NCBI GenBank assembly: GCA_965214095.1 | Contig: OZ243938.1 | Span: 3,104,001-3,168,000 of the forward strand | Direction of reading: 5' to 3' | DNA length: 64,000 bases | Origin: Candidatus Poribacteria bacterium | Lineage (GTDB): Bacteria; Poribacteria; WGA-4E; WGA-3G | Part shown: one piece after another, positions 32,060 to 42,526 of the stretch | How the letters are laid out: the number at the start of each line of letters is the position of its first letter | Position numbering within the stretch: the first letter of the stretch is position 1 | Made by a program: the position numbers and the translations under genes | Notes under the pieces: generated by a model | The model's input: only the letters and a program-made list of their open reading frames with translations | Told to the model about the DNA's origin: nothing | The model's database searches: none

Positions 32060-34282
32060 ATGTTGAAATTCCTTTATGCTAATAGACTTCTTGCAGGCGT
32101 GTTGATGAGTGTCATTTTCATCGTTGTCGGTGGGGCATATTATCTTGAACACATTGATAACGAGAAAGCACTTGAAAAAGAACGTAACCTGCGTCTTGAC
32201 TATGAACAGTGGTATTTACCTGAAGGTGCAAAAGCACGGATTGGCAGTGGCACAATCTCGACGATGCAATATTCTCCCGATGGCAATTTGATAGCCGTAG
32301 TGAGTAGTATCGGTGTTTGGATTCTTGATGCACAGACAGCAGAAACGCGGCACTTACTTGCAGCGCATACCGGTATCATCAATAGCATCTCATTTAGTTC
32401 TGATGGTCGCACCCTCGCCGTAGGAACTGAAAATGGGGAAGCGCAACTATGGGACACTTCCACCGGTGAACACCAAAAAACCTTTACAAGACGAGATTAT
32501 TTTTTTGGTGTAGATACTGTTTTCATTGTGCCCGATGGGCACACCCTGGCAGTCATTTATGACTCAAGGGTTGACTTGTGGGATATAGCAACTGGACAGC
32601 GAAAAAATACGTTAACAGCGGTGGGAAATGGAACGACCAACGAGGATGTCAACACCTCAAACATGTATATGAGTTTGGGAGGTTACAAAAACTCATTCAG
32701 TTCGGATGGTAAAACAGTCGCAAGTGACAGCGGAGAGGACACCTTTCGTTTCTGGGATATTGCAACACGGAAAGAGATACGAACACTTAAGGCAGAACCT
32801 TCAGGTCAGTATGGAGAGTTGCTATCCTATAGTTCAGATTTACAAACCGTGGCAATTGCAAGTGATAGTTATAAAGGACAAAGGCGTACCAAGATTTGGG
32901 AGATTAATCTTTGGGATGTCAATACCCAAACACAGAAGAAAATATTTGAAACAGATAGTTTTTTTGGCATTCCGTTTTTAGTTTTCAGTCCAGATGGAAA
33001 CTTTATTGCCAGTCGCAGTTACGTTGATAAAGTAATTCGTATATGGGATGTCAACACAGGTAAAGAAAAGAAAAGGATTAAAGGAAACAAGATCGTAGTC
33101 TCGGCGGTTGCTTTCAGTCCAGATAACCGAACACTTGTTAGTGCTGGTTCTGATGAGACACTACGTTTTTGGGATGTTGACACCGGCAAAGAAAAGAAAA
33201 CAGTAACGGGGTATGGTGGTGCCATTGCGAAAGTATTACTAAGTGTTGATAGACAGACGCTTATGAGTTTAGGTCCTGGCAGGGCTATTCGTCTATGGAA
33301 TGCTAATACAGGGCAGCACGAAAAAAACTTCGTTGGTCATAAGTTGAATGTTTGGGACACTGTTTTAAGCCGAGATGGAAGAAGGCTTGCGAGTAGTTCT
33401 GTTCTCAAGAATATTATCTATCTTTGGGATATTAACACAGATGAACACAGTAAAATTAAATCACCTCACAGACGCGTTTCAGGTATTGAATTTAGTCGCG
33501 ATGGTCAAACACTCGCAAGTTGGGGGTCGTCTGGCAAACGTAAAGATATTATCCAGTTCTATGACGCAAATTCGGGAGGTATACAGCGAACCTTGCAGCT
33601 AACTTATAAAGATAGAGTTCGTATCCCAGAAGACACATATTTTGATAAGAATATGTTCGCAGGTATCGGAAAATTCGATCCAGATCTTTTTGTATGGGAT
33701 TTAGTTACAGGACATTACAATGTCACAGAGATGAGTGATAAAGAAATTAATATGGCACGGTTTAGTCCTGATGGACGAATGCTGGCGATTGTAGGTAAAA
33801 CGCTGTCTCAGAAGAAACCGAAAATGGAAAGAAAAATTGTGCTCTGGGATGTAAAGTCAGGAAAACATATCCGTACTCTAACAGGACATACGGATAAAAT
33901 TGTGAGTCTTGCTTTTAGTCCTGATGGTCAGACTCTCGCGAGTGGAAGCGTAAGTATAAGAACAGAGAAAACAATCCTTTTATGGGATATAGAAACAGGC
34001 AGCAGCAAAGATTTTACGGATCCAGACTGGACAGAAAGGCAGTATAAATACGAAGCCAAAGTCGCTTCGTCGCTTGCTTTCAGTCCTGATGGACAGGCTC
34101 TCGCAAGTGGAATGAAGTTGGGTGATATTCTCCTCTGGGAAACTGCGACTGGTGCGAAAAAGAAAACGCTTCGGGGACATAGTGAAAGCGTATCACACAT
34201 CTCCTTTGGTGCCGACGGACAAACGCTCATCAGTGCAAGCTATGATGGTACAATACTAATATGGGACCTAACACCTCCATAA
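32060..34282 (+). CDS. WD40-repeat protein with N-terminal membrane anchor
   Basis: Many FSPDGxTLAS...IxLWD repeats after a TM segment and LPEGAKARIG. Confidence 0.93.
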   Translation: MLKFLYANRLLAGVLMSVIFIVVGGAYYLEHIDNEKALEKERNLRLDYEQWYLPEGAKARIGSGTISTMQYSPDGNLIAVVSSIGVWILDAQTAETRHLLAAHTGIINSISFSSDGRTLAVGTENGEAQLWDTSTGEHQKTFTRRDYFFGVDTVFIVPDGHTLAVIYDSRVDLWDIATGQRKNTLTAVGNGTTNEDVNTSNMYMSLGGYKNSFSSDGKTVASDSGEDTFRFWDIATRKEIRTLKAEPSGQYGELLSYSSDLQTVAIASDSYKGQRRTKIWEINLWDVNTQTQKKIFETDSFFGIPFLVFSPDGNFIASRSYVDKVIRIWDVNTGKEKKRIKGNKIVVSAVAFSPDNRTLVSAGSDETLRFWDVDTGKEKKTVTGYGGAIAKVLLSVDRQTLMSLGPGRAIRLWNANTGQHEKNFVGHKLNVWDTVLSRDGRRLASSSVLKNIIYLWDINTDEHSKIKSPHRRVSGIEFSRDGQTLASWGSSGKRKDIIQFYDANSGGIQRTLQLTYKDRVRIPEDTYFDKNMFAGIGKFDPDLFVWDLVTGHYNVTEMSDKEINMARFSPDGRMLAIVGKTLSQKKPKMERKIVLWDVKSGKHIRTLTGHTDKIVSLAFSPDGQTLASGSVSIRTEKTILLWDIETGSSKDFTDPDWTERQYKYEAKVASSLAFSPDGQALASGMKLGDILLWETATGAKKKTLRGHSESVSHISFGADGQTLISASYDGTILIWDLTPP

Positions 34283-34330
34283 TCTGATATAATAATCCAA
34301 AAAGTGCTAATAACTGCTAACCACTAAAAC

Positions 34331-35323
34331 ATGGAAAACTACGATTTAGACGCAATGAATGCCCGTATCCAGGAAGATAGCGGCCTAATCCAGCAAATTC
34401 TGGACGAAGCGGGTAAAATCATTGTCGGACAACGGAACCTACTTGAACGGTTAATAATTGGACTGCTCTGCAACGGACACATCTTACTTGAAGGTGTCCC
34501 CGGACTTGCCAAAACCACCGCCATTGCCTCACTCGCAAAAACCATCGATGCAACATACACCCGTTTCCAATTCACTCCCGATTTACTACCAGCAGACCTT
34601 GTTGGCACCCTAATTTATGACCAACAGAAAAGTGAATTCTATACCAGACAAGGTCCCATTTTCGCCAACGTTGTGCTTGCAGATGAGATAAACCGCGCAC
34701 CTGCCAAAGTGCAAAGTGCACTACTTGAAGCGATGCAGGAAAGACAAGTCACAATAGGTGGCACAACATATCCACTTGAAGAACCTTTCATCGTTTTAGC
34801 TACACAAAATCCAATTGAGCATGAAGGCACATACCCGCTACCCGAAGCACAAGTGGATAGATTCATGCTGAAAGTCAAAGTCAACTATCCATCCCATTCA
34901 GAGGAACTGCAAATCCTACGTCGAATGACAACTGAAGCGATTCAGGAGATACACCAAGTAATTACCTGTGATGATATTATCCGACTCCGAGAACTCACAC
35001 GTAACATCTATATGGCGGAACAGTTGGAGACATACATCGTAGATCTCGTATGTGCAACGCGTGCACCAGAAGTATACCAATTAGACGACTTGAGTCCGCT
35101 GATAGAATACGGCGCATCACCACGAGCAACGATTTTCCTTGCACTTGCAGCCAGAGCCCAGGCTTTCCTCTCTCAACGTGGATTTGTCACACCAGACGAC
35201 ATCCATGCAATCGGTATGGATGTGCTAAGACACCGTATCATCTTGAGTTACGAAGCTGAGGCAGAAGGTCTTGATACTGAAAACATTATCACGCAACTGT
35301 TTTCAAAAATTGAAGTTCCATAG
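34331..35323 (+). CDS. moxR: MoxR family AAA+ ATPase
   Basis: GVPGLAKT, QFTPDLLPAD, LADEINRAPAKVQSALLEAM and ATQNPIEHEGTYPLPEAQVDRF. Confidence 0.95.
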   Translation: MENYDLDAMNARIQEDSGLIQQILDEAGKIIVGQRNLLERLIIGLLCNGHILLEGVPGLAKTTAIASLAKTIDATYTRFQFTPDLLPADLVGTLIYDQQKSEFYTRQGPIFANVVLADEINRAPAKVQSALLEAMQERQVTIGGTTYPLEEPFIVLATQNPIEHEGTYPLPEAQVDRFMLKVKVNYPSHSEELQILRRMTTEAIQEIHQVITCDDIIRLRELTRNIYMAEQLETYIVDLVCATRAPEVYQLDDLSPLIEYGASPRATIFLALAARAQAFLSQRGFVTPDDIHAIGMDVLRHRIILSYEAEAEGLDTENIITQLFSKIEVP

Positions 35324-35467
35324 CCCTTCTCCACGTCATCCATGTAAATCCTCGATTCAGAAACAAAACACGCGAAATTCGAGAATCTGAATATTAGATT
35401 GACAAGTCCTTCTTAACAAGAGTGAAACTTGACAATTGAACACCTATTGATAAAGGCAAGATTATAG

Positions 35468-35496
35468 TTGCATTTCTATGTACATTGTGATATACT
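35468..35496 (+). promoter_or_regulatory. Sigma70 promoter for rpsA
   Basis: TTGCAT-17 nt-TATACT with an extended TG. Confidence 0.55.
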
Positions 35497-35595
35497 ATTA
35501 AGCAACCGATTTGAAAGTGTCAGAAGCACTTCGCAACAAGGAGGAACTGGCTGACTTAACGCTGCCCTGCGTTTTGATGAGACCCAGGTATCTTA

Positions 35596-38097
35596 ATGAT
35601 TAACGAACACAACCATACAGACGAATCCACAGTTGATGTGGAAGAAGAAAAACAAGTTGATGATTCAACTGATATTACACCAAATGAAGCAGATGAAACA
35701 GAAGTAGAAAACAATGAAACTGAATCAGTTCCTGATGATCATGAAACAGAACAGACGGAACAAACAGATGAGGAAACTACAGAAACAGATATTGCAGATG
35801 ATGCAACCCAAGTCACTGAATCTGCCGAAGACCCAACCCCTGCCGAAACACATAGCGATACATCAGAGATAGAACACGAAGAAACTGCTGAAACCGTTGC
35901 AGCTGAAAGTGACAGCACGGAAACTGAATCTGAAGAAACAGCCGAAACTGTTGCAGACGAGACCGATGTCTCAGATGTGGAATCCGAAGATACTTCCCCG
36001 CCAACAGAACCTGAAGATGTGTCTGAACAGGAAGCACAGACTGAACAGGTTGAAAGCGAAACATCAGAACAACAAGTTGAAGCTATGAGTCAAGAATCTC
36101 TTGAGGAGGCTTATGACAACTCACTCAAAGCCTTTACTGATGGAGAAATTGTCAAAGGGAACGTCGTTGATGTCAGTCGTGATGAAGTTATGATTGATAT
36201 CGGTTTTAAATCAGAAGGTTATATACCTTCAGCTGAATTTCAATCTGATGAGAACGGATTACCAAATGTAAAAGTCGGTGATGAAATTGATGTATTCATT
36301 GTCCGCCGTGAAGACTCAGAAGGACAAATTGTTCTATCCAAGAAAATAGCTGATCAGACTTTAGTGTGGGATGAAATAACTCAGGCTTTTGAGGACGGTT
36401 CACCAGTAGACGGTCATATCACAGACAAACAAAAAGGCGGTCTACAAGTAACTGTCGGTACTTTACGTGCGTTCTTACCTGCATCTCAAGTTGACTTACG
36501 CCCCACCCAAGACCTTGACCAATTTGTCGGGGAGACCTTCCCGATGAAAATCATCAGTCTCAATAAACGGCGTAATAACATCGTTCTGTCAAGACGCGCA
36601 TGGCTTGAAGCTGAAATGGCTGAAAAGAGAGAAGAAGTCCTAAAATCGCTTGAGGTAGGACAACTTATTACCGGAGTAGTGAAAAACATTACTAATTTCG
36701 GTGCATTTGTTGACCTTGGCGGCGTAGATGGATTACTTCATAAAACCGATATGGCTTGGAAGCGCGTTCACCATCCATCAGAAATTGTTAATGTCGGTGA
36801 TGAAATTGAGGTACAAGTTATTGCGATTGGTGAAGAAAACGAGAAAATCTCATTAGGTCTAAAGCAGAAAACAAGCGATCCCTGGGAAAACGTTGAGGAA
36901 AAATATGTTATCGGTTCCAAAGTTTCTGGCAATGTCGTAAATATAGTGAATTACGGTGTTTTTGTCCAACTTGAAGAAGCTGTTGAAGGATTGATCCACG
37001 TTTCTGAAATGGCATGGACAAGACGCAACGTTGCTCCCTCTAGGATGGTTAGTAAAGGTACAGAAATTGAGGCGATCGTACTTGAAATCTCAAGAGAAGA
37101 AAAACGGATTTCATTAGGCATCAAACAATTACAACAAAATCCATGGGAACTCTTAGAACAAAAGTACCCAGTCGGCACAAAAATTACTGGACGCATTCGC
37201 AACCTGACCAATTTTGGCGCTTTTGTCGAAATTGAGGAAGGGATTGATGGATTAATTCATACCTCTGACCTGTCATGGACTGAAAGAACATCTAATCCAC
37301 AAGAGATGTTGAAGGAAGGGGATGAAGTAGAAGTAGTTGTCTTACAAATTGATGCCTCTGAACGACGCGTCTCATTGGGATTGAAGCAAACACAACCAGA
37401 TCCCTGGGATGAAGTACCTGAAAAATATAAGGTTGGTTCAATTGTTCGTGGAAAAGTTGTCAATTTGACAAGTTTTGGAGCATTTACCAAACTTGAAGAA
37501 GGGATTGATGGATTAATTCATATTTCTGAGATCGCTGATAGACGGATTGAAAGACCAGAAGAGGTCGTCAAAGTTGGTGATGAATTAGATGTTAAGGTCA
37601 TAAATCTTGATCCCAAGGGTAGACGAATTGGTTTGAGTCTGAAAGCAGCAACTGCAGACCAGGAACGGGCTTCTACACCCCCAGAAGAACGACAAGAAAG
37701 GCCAAGACGGGAACGTCCACCAAGACAACGCGAACCGAGACGTACAAGACCCGTTGAGCAAGAAGAAACCGTTATGGGCGCACTACTCAAAAGGGAAATC
37801 GGAAAGAGCAACGTTGAGAATCTAATGAATTCGCAGGAGATTGAAAGTCCTGAAGTGCCAGAAGATACGCCCCCTGAAGACACCGAGAAAGTTGAAGTTT
37901 CTGAGGAAACAGAGACTCCTGAGGAAACTACAACTTCTGAGGAAACAGAGACTCCTGAGGAAACAGAGACTCCTGAGGAAACAGAGACTCCTGAGGAGGA
38001 TACCGAAAACACTGAGACTTCTGAAGACACCACGGTTTCCGATGATACAGAAAATAACGACACTCCTGAAGAAACTAATAATCCTGAAGTTTCTTAG
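35596..38097 (+). CDS. rpsA: 30S ribosomal protein S1 with long acidic N- and C-terminal extensions
   Basis: Six S1 domains (IDIGFKSEG, AFLPASQVD, FGAFVDLGGVDGLLH, GLIHVSE, RISLGLKQ), flanked by E/T/D-rich tails. Confidence 0.96.
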   Translation: MINEHNHTDESTVDVEEEKQVDDSTDITPNEADETEVENNETESVPDDHETEQTEQTDEETTETDIADDATQVTESAEDPTPAETHSDTSEIEHEETAETVAAESDSTETESEETAETVADETDVSDVESEDTSPPTEPEDVSEQEAQTEQVESETSEQQVEAMSQESLEEAYDNSLKAFTDGEIVKGNVVDVSRDEVMIDIGFKSEGYIPSAEFQSDENGLPNVKVGDEIDVFIVRREDSEGQIVLSKKIADQTLVWDEITQAFEDGSPVDGHITDKQKGGLQVTVGTLRAFLPASQVDLRPTQDLDQFVGETFPMKIISLNKRRNNIVLSRRAWLEAEMAEKREEVLKSLEVGQLITGVVKNITNFGAFVDLGGVDGLLHKTDMAWKRVHHPSEIVNVGDEIEVQVIAIGEENEKISLGLKQKTSDPWENVEEKYVIGSKVSGNVVNIVNYGVFVQLEEAVEGLIHVSEMAWTRRNVAPSRMVSKGTEIEAIVLEISREEKRISLGIKQLQQNPWELLEQKYPVGTKITGRIRNLTNFGAFVEIEEGIDGLIHTSDLSWTERTSNPQEMLKEGDEVEVVVLQIDASERRVSLGLKQTQPDPWDEVPEKYKVGSIVRGKVVNLTSFGAFTKLEEGIDGLIHISEIADRRIERPEEVVKVGDELDVKVINLDPKGRRIGLSLKAATADQERASTPPEERQERPRRERPPRQREPRRTRPVEQEETVMGALLKREIGKSNVENLMNSQEIESPEVPEDTPPEDTEKVEVSEETETPEETTTSEETETPEETETPEETETPEEDTENTETSEDTTVSDDTENNDTPEETNNPEVS
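37901..37997 (+). repeat. 18-bp tandem repeat in the rpsA tail (EETETP units)
   Basis: CTGAGGAAACAGAGACTC five times (the second unit is a variant) plus a partial unit. Confidence 0.9.
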
Positions 38098-38127
38098 GAA
38101 TTCCAAGGTAAATTGTTTTAGTTTGAT

Positions 38128-38553
38128 GCTCTTCCCATCAAATCCGCATGCTTTAGTTTGTCGGATGTAGATGGGTTTCATCGGTTTATTTATCAAAAGT
38201 TCCATGTGCAAGGGCATCACAGGCTGCCCAGCGAATGACAAAAGTGTAATAACCACATCGCAGTAACTACAAAGTTGGTGGATAGCGTCCATATCAAGCC
38301 AGCGCAGCAATGCGGACTGGAACACGTGAGCGGAGGTACCCCCTCCCGAAGTCTACGGACTTGCCGTGTGGCGTGCCTGGTAGAAAGGGCAGCTGTAAAA
38401 TGGGTGGAAACAGAGCCAACCCACGACATTGCGGAAAACAAATCAAACGGGCTGGCTTAGCAGCCCTAAGTGGAGCGGACAGAAGACGTAGCTCAGATTG
38501 GCAGTCTGCAAAGAAACACAAGCCTCAACCTTTAGGTTGTGGGTCACTATGAC
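38128..38553 (+). mobile_element. Non-autonomous IS200/IS605-type mini-element (copy 2)
   Basis: Preceded by TTGAT. Left-end hairpin TCAAATCCGCATGCTTTAGTTTGTCGGATGTAGA, and terminal 28 nt identical to copy 1. Confidence 0.75.
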
Positions 38554-38577
38554 AGATATGCTGACAGGAGAACAGAA

Positions 38578-39699
38578 TTGAGTCGTAACTTTTTGTTTTC
38601 GTCCGAATCGGTTACCGAAGGACATCCAGATAAAATCGCAGATCAGATTTCCGATGCTATCTTGGATGCCATTCTAACTGAAGATCCTTTTGGAAGAGTT
38701 GCATGTGAAACGCTCGTCACCACCGGACTTGCCGTTATTGCTGGTGAAATCACAACAATAGCTTCGCCAAATTTACAAGAAATTGCACGAGAAGTCATAG
38801 CAGATATTGGATATACTGATGCTAATTACGGGTTTGATGCACAACATAGTGCAATTCTAACCACCATAGACAGACAATCTCCTGATATCGCAATGGGTGT
38901 TAATCCAGGAGGTGCTGGTGACCAAGGATTAATGTTTGGTTATGCATGCACTGAAACACCCGAATTGATGCCTTTGCCAATAACGTTAGCTCACCAATTA
39001 ACCCAACGTTTGGCACACGTGCGCAAAAATGAAATCCTTGATTTCCTCCGACCTGATGGAAAATCCCAAGTCACAGTTGAATATATAGACAATAAACCTA
39101 CCAAAGTTACTACAATCGTCGTATCTTCACAACACGATCCTGATGTCACAGATTCTACTCTAAAAGAGGCAATAATTGATGAGGTAATCAAGAAGGTTAT
39201 CCCTGAAGACTTGATGAGTCCAGATGTTGTCTATCACATTAACCCAACTGGACGATTTGTAACTGGTGGACCACATGGAGATGCTGGAGTAACCGGTAGG
39301 AAAATTATTGTTGATACTTATGGCGGTATGGGACGACACGGGGGTGGTGCACTCTCTGGTAAAGACCCAACAAAAGTTGATAGGAGTGCTACTTACGCTG
39401 CACGTCATGCCGCAAAAAATCTTGTGGCGGCGGGATTAGCTGAACGATGTGAGATACAAATCGCTTATGCAATCGGACGTAAAGCACCAGTATCTGTAAT
39501 GGTGGATACATTCGGCACAGGGGATGACGATATGGCTTCTAAATTAGTCAATCAACATTTTGACCTAACCCCAGAGGGTATTATTGAAAGGTTGAAACTT
39601 CGTGAGCCAATATATAGAAATACCGCTGCTTATGGACATTTCGGACGGACTGATACCAGTTTCACATGGGAAAAAACCGATTACGTTGAAAAATTATAG
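38578..39699 (+). CDS. metK: S-adenosylmethionine synthetase
   Basis: [16 protein letters not shown] and [19 protein letters not shown] start after AGGAG. Confidence 0.98.
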   Translation: MSRNFLFSSESVTEGHPDKIADQISDAILDAILTEDPFGRVACETLVTTGLAVIAGEITTIASPNLQEIAREVIADIGYTDANYGFDAQHSAILTTIDRQSPDIAMGVNPGGAGDQGLMFGYACTETPELMPLPITLAHQLTQRLAHVRKNEILDFLRPDGKSQVTVEYIDNKPTKVTTIVVSSQHDPDVTDSTLKEAIIDEVIKKVIPEDLMSPDVVYHINPTGRFVTGGPHGDAGVTGRKIIVDTYGGMGRHGGGALSGKDPTKVDRSATYAARHAAKNLVAAGLAERCEIQIAYAIGRKAPVSVMVDTFGTGDDDMASKLVNQHFDLTPEGIIERLKLREPIYRNTAAYGHFGRTDTSFTWEKTDYVEKL

Positions 39700-39714
39700 G
39701 TGTGTAGGAGGACA

Positions 39715-40977
39715 ATGGACTACGATATTAAAACAACAGACCTCGCAGATGTAGGAAAACAACGGATTGATTGGGCAAACCGGTTTATGCCTGTCCTAAC
39801 ATCAATCCGAGAACGTTTTGAAACTGAAAAACCTTTGAAAGGGATCAAAGTTGCAGCGTGTCTACATGTTACAACAGAGACAGCAAATCTCATGCAGACT
39901 TTGCAGGCAGGTGGTGCAGAATTAGCGTTATGTGCGTCAAACCCACTTAGCACACAAGATGATGTCGCCGCTTCTCTCGTTGTAAATGATAACATTGCAG
40001 TGTTTGCAATTAACGGTGAAGATACTGAAACATACTATAAACACATCCAAGCTACACTCGCAACACAATCAAATATCACGATGGATGACGGTGCTGATTT
40101 AGTCTCACAACTACATTCAGAAGAGACAAATCCCGCACTCGTTGAACAAGTTATAGCCGGAACAGAAGAAACAACAACTGGTGTCATTAGGCTCAAAAGT
40201 ATGGCAGCAGAAGGTGTGTTGAAATACCCCATAATCGCTGTGAATGATGCAAATACAAAGCACTTTTTTGACAACCGCTACGGCACAGGACAAAGCACCT
40301 TAGACGGCATAATTCGAGCAACCAATCTACTCATCGCGGGAACAACCGTCGTTGTCGCAGGCTACGGTTGGTGTGGCAGAGGTGTCGCAAGTCGTGCACG
40401 CGGTTTAGGGGCAACCGTCATCGTAACCGAAGTAAATGCACTGAAAGCGTTAGAAGCAGTCATGGATGGCTTCAGAGTTATGCCGATGCAAAAGGCAGTT
40501 CAAGAAGCAGGCCTTGTCATAACACTAACAGGCGATATCCATGTTCTCCGTAAAGAACATTTTGAGGCAATGAAAGACGGTACAATTATCGCAAATTCTG
40601 GACATTTCAATGTAGAAATAGACATACCTACACTTGAAGAACTTGCAGTCGAAAAAGCAACCGCACGCGAATTTGTAGAATCCTATACACTCGCTGATGG
40701 ACGCACCCTTTATCTCATCGGAGAAGGACGGTTAGTCAACTTAGCATCCGCAGAGGGACATCCTGCCAGTGTTATGGACATGAGTTTTGCTAATCAAGCC
40801 TTATCCCTTGAATATATCGCCGAAAACCAACAGAAACTTGAAAACAAGGTATATGACGTTCCCGAATCTATTGACGACGAAGTAGCGAGGTTAAAGTTAG
40901 CAGCCTTCGGTGTGGAAATAGACACACTCACTGCTGAGCAAGAAAAATACCTAAATTCATGGGAAATGGGTACATAG
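39715..40977 (+). CDS. ahcY: Adenosylhomocysteinase
   Basis: [34 protein letters not shown] and GYGWCGRG. Confidence 0.98.
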   Translation: MDYDIKTTDLADVGKQRIDWANRFMPVLTSIRERFETEKPLKGIKVAACLHVTTETANLMQTLQAGGAELALCASNPLSTQDDVAASLVVNDNIAVFAINGEDTETYYKHIQATLATQSNITMDDGADLVSQLHSEETNPALVEQVIAGTEETTTGVIRLKSMAAEGVLKYPIIAVNDANTKHFFDNRYGTGQSTLDGIIRATNLLIAGTTVVVAGYGWCGRGVASRARGLGATVIVTEVNALKALEAVMDGFRVMPMQKAVQEAGLVITLTGDIHVLRKEHFEAMKDGTIIANSGHFNVEIDIPTLEELAVEKATAREFVESYTLADGRTLYLIGEGRLVNLASAEGHPASVMDMSFANQALSLEYIAENQQKLENKVYDVPESIDDEVARLKLAAFGVEIDTLTAEQEKYLNSWEMGT

Positions 40978-41020
40978 TTTACGGTGAAATCTTAAGATTA
41001 ATAGGTATTTTTTTCCGACG

Positions 41021-41043
41021 GTAGGCGAGGTGTCCTAACCTCG
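41021..41043 (+). repeat. GTAG-type REP-like hairpin
   Basis: GTAGG-CGAGGT-GTCCTA-ACCTCG. Confidence 0.45.
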
Positions 41044-41086
41044 ATTTTCAGAAATACGCCATAGTTTAGATACCCACGATAAACCA

Positions 41087-41320
41087 ATGAAAAAGTATGA
41101 AATCTGGGAAAGCATAGTTATACTTCTTACAGCAATATTATTGCTACCATTTTGGTTGTCACGCACCGGCCAGGTTCAGTTCCCTCCTACCATTGCCACA
41201 ATACTTGAAATCTTAGTATATCCGCTTTTGGTTGTTCTAGTCGTAATTTTGTTGAGACGATTACGTCGTATCATCAAAGCATTTCGTGAAAACAAAAATC
41301 GTCCGGGTACTTTTTCATAA
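41087..41320 (+). CDS. Small two-TM hypothetical membrane protein
   Basis: Two hydrophobic helices and a basic tail. Confidence 0.6.
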   Translation: MKKYEIWESIVILLTAILLLPFWLSRTGQVQFPPTIATILEILVYPLLVVLVVILLRRLRRIIKAFRENKNRPGTFS

Positions 41321-41412
41321 GACAACAAGCATGTGAACAACCTGTAGGCGCGCTAAATTATGGTATAAACAGATTTTATAGTCCAACAAATTATTGGGAC
41401 AATAGAGAAATC

Positions 41413-42318
41413 ATGGGAATTTTAGTCGTTGGAACAATCACATTAGATACAGTCCAAACACCAACGAAAAATGTTGAAGATGTCCTCGGTGGTTCTGGCA
41501 CTTATGCTGCTGTTGCCGCAAGTTTTTTCGGAAATCCTGTGCGTCTTATCGGCGTAGTCGGTGCAGATTTTCCTTCTTCCTATACAGATTTCCTGCAAAC
41601 ACGTGGGATAGACTTGGAAGGATTGACGCGCGTCCAAGAAGGTAAATCCTTTCGATGGGGTGGCAAATACACTGATGATTTCAATGTACGCGATACGCTC
41701 TTTACTGAATTAAACGTTGTCGCTGATTTCCATCCCGTTTTGCCTGATACTTACAAAGACTCCACATATCTCTTTTTAGCAAACGACCCACCCCAATTAC
41801 AACTGAGTATTATTGAACAGGTATCAAACCCCAAACTTGTTGTTTCAGATACAATGGATTTTTGGATTAATGAGGAACGAGAAGCGTTAGAAAAGACGAT
41901 AGAACGTGTTGACATCCTAATCCTAAACGACAGCGAAGCGAAATTGCTAACAGGTGAATCTAACCTTTTAAAAGCAGCCCGCGCAATTTTGTGCTATGGT
42001 CCCAATCGGGTGATAATCAAAAAGGGTGAACACGGTGCAATCAGCATCACAGAATCTTCATTCTTCAGTGCACCAGCATATCCGTTGACAGAAGTAACAG
42101 ACCCTACAGGTGCAGGAGATAGTTTCGCAGGAGGGTTTATAGGGTATCTTGCCTCTGTTGATGATATATCGGAAGGTTCAATCCGCAAAGCGATGATGTA
42201 TGGCACAGTAGTCGCCTCATTCAACATTGAAGATTTCAGTATCAATCGGCAAAAGTCTGTCCAATTCAGCGAAATAGAAGCACGGTATCAAGAACTTCAG
42301 GATGCTGTGCGGTTTTAA
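41413..42318 (+). CDS. PfkB family kinase (possible adenosine/nucleoside kinase)
   Basis: LGGSG, NDSEA, KKGEHG and DPTGAGDSFAGG. Confidence 0.92.
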   Translation: MGILVVGTITLDTVQTPTKNVEDVLGGSGTYAAVAASFFGNPVRLIGVVGADFPSSYTDFLQTRGIDLEGLTRVQEGKSFRWGGKYTDDFNVRDTLFTELNVVADFHPVLPDTYKDSTYLFLANDPPQLQLSIIEQVSNPKLVVSDTMDFWINEEREALEKTIERVDILILNDSEAKLLTGESNLLKAARAILCYGPNRVIIKKGEHGAISITESSFFSAPAYPLTEVTDPTGAGDSFAGGFIGYLASVDDISEGSIRKAMMYGTVVASFNIEDFSINRQKSVQFSEIEARYQELQDAVRF

Positions 42319-42440
42319 GTTTAGTTAATTTAGTAGATAGGTTTGTGTTGTTATATTGACAAGTTGTTACTATTCCTTGAAACCATTTAGTCCATAGGGA
42401 CGATATGTGATATTATACCATTCCATTTAAGGAATTTCCT

Positions 42441-42473
42441 GTTCGTAGTCGCGCAATTCATTGCGCCTCTTAC
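42441..42473 (+). repeat. GTAG-type REP (family B, copy 2)
   Basis: GTTCGTAGTCGCGCAATTCATTGCGCCTCTTAC, with the hairpin GCGCAAT-TC-ATTGCGC. Confidence 0.8.
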
Positions 42474-42526
42474 ATTTCAGTTAAAAGGTAAAGTCAATTA
42501 TAACATTGTTATTACATGGAAATGGG

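Noticed and set aside
37901-37997. CRISPR-like repeat array
   Set aside because: Contiguous 18-bp units with no spacers, in frame within rpsA.
38180-38300. SAM-I riboswitch upstream of metK (TTATCAAAAG resembles TTATCAAGAG)
   Set aside because: The GAGGGA...GCCC...GCAACC, GTGC and closing GAT core elements are not in the expected arrangement, and the region lies inside the IS-like element.
38217-38625. Short ORFs of 60-80 aa within element 2
   Set aside because: They overlap on both strands with no family match. Only IKRAG faintly recalls a TnpB C-terminus, which is too weak to call.
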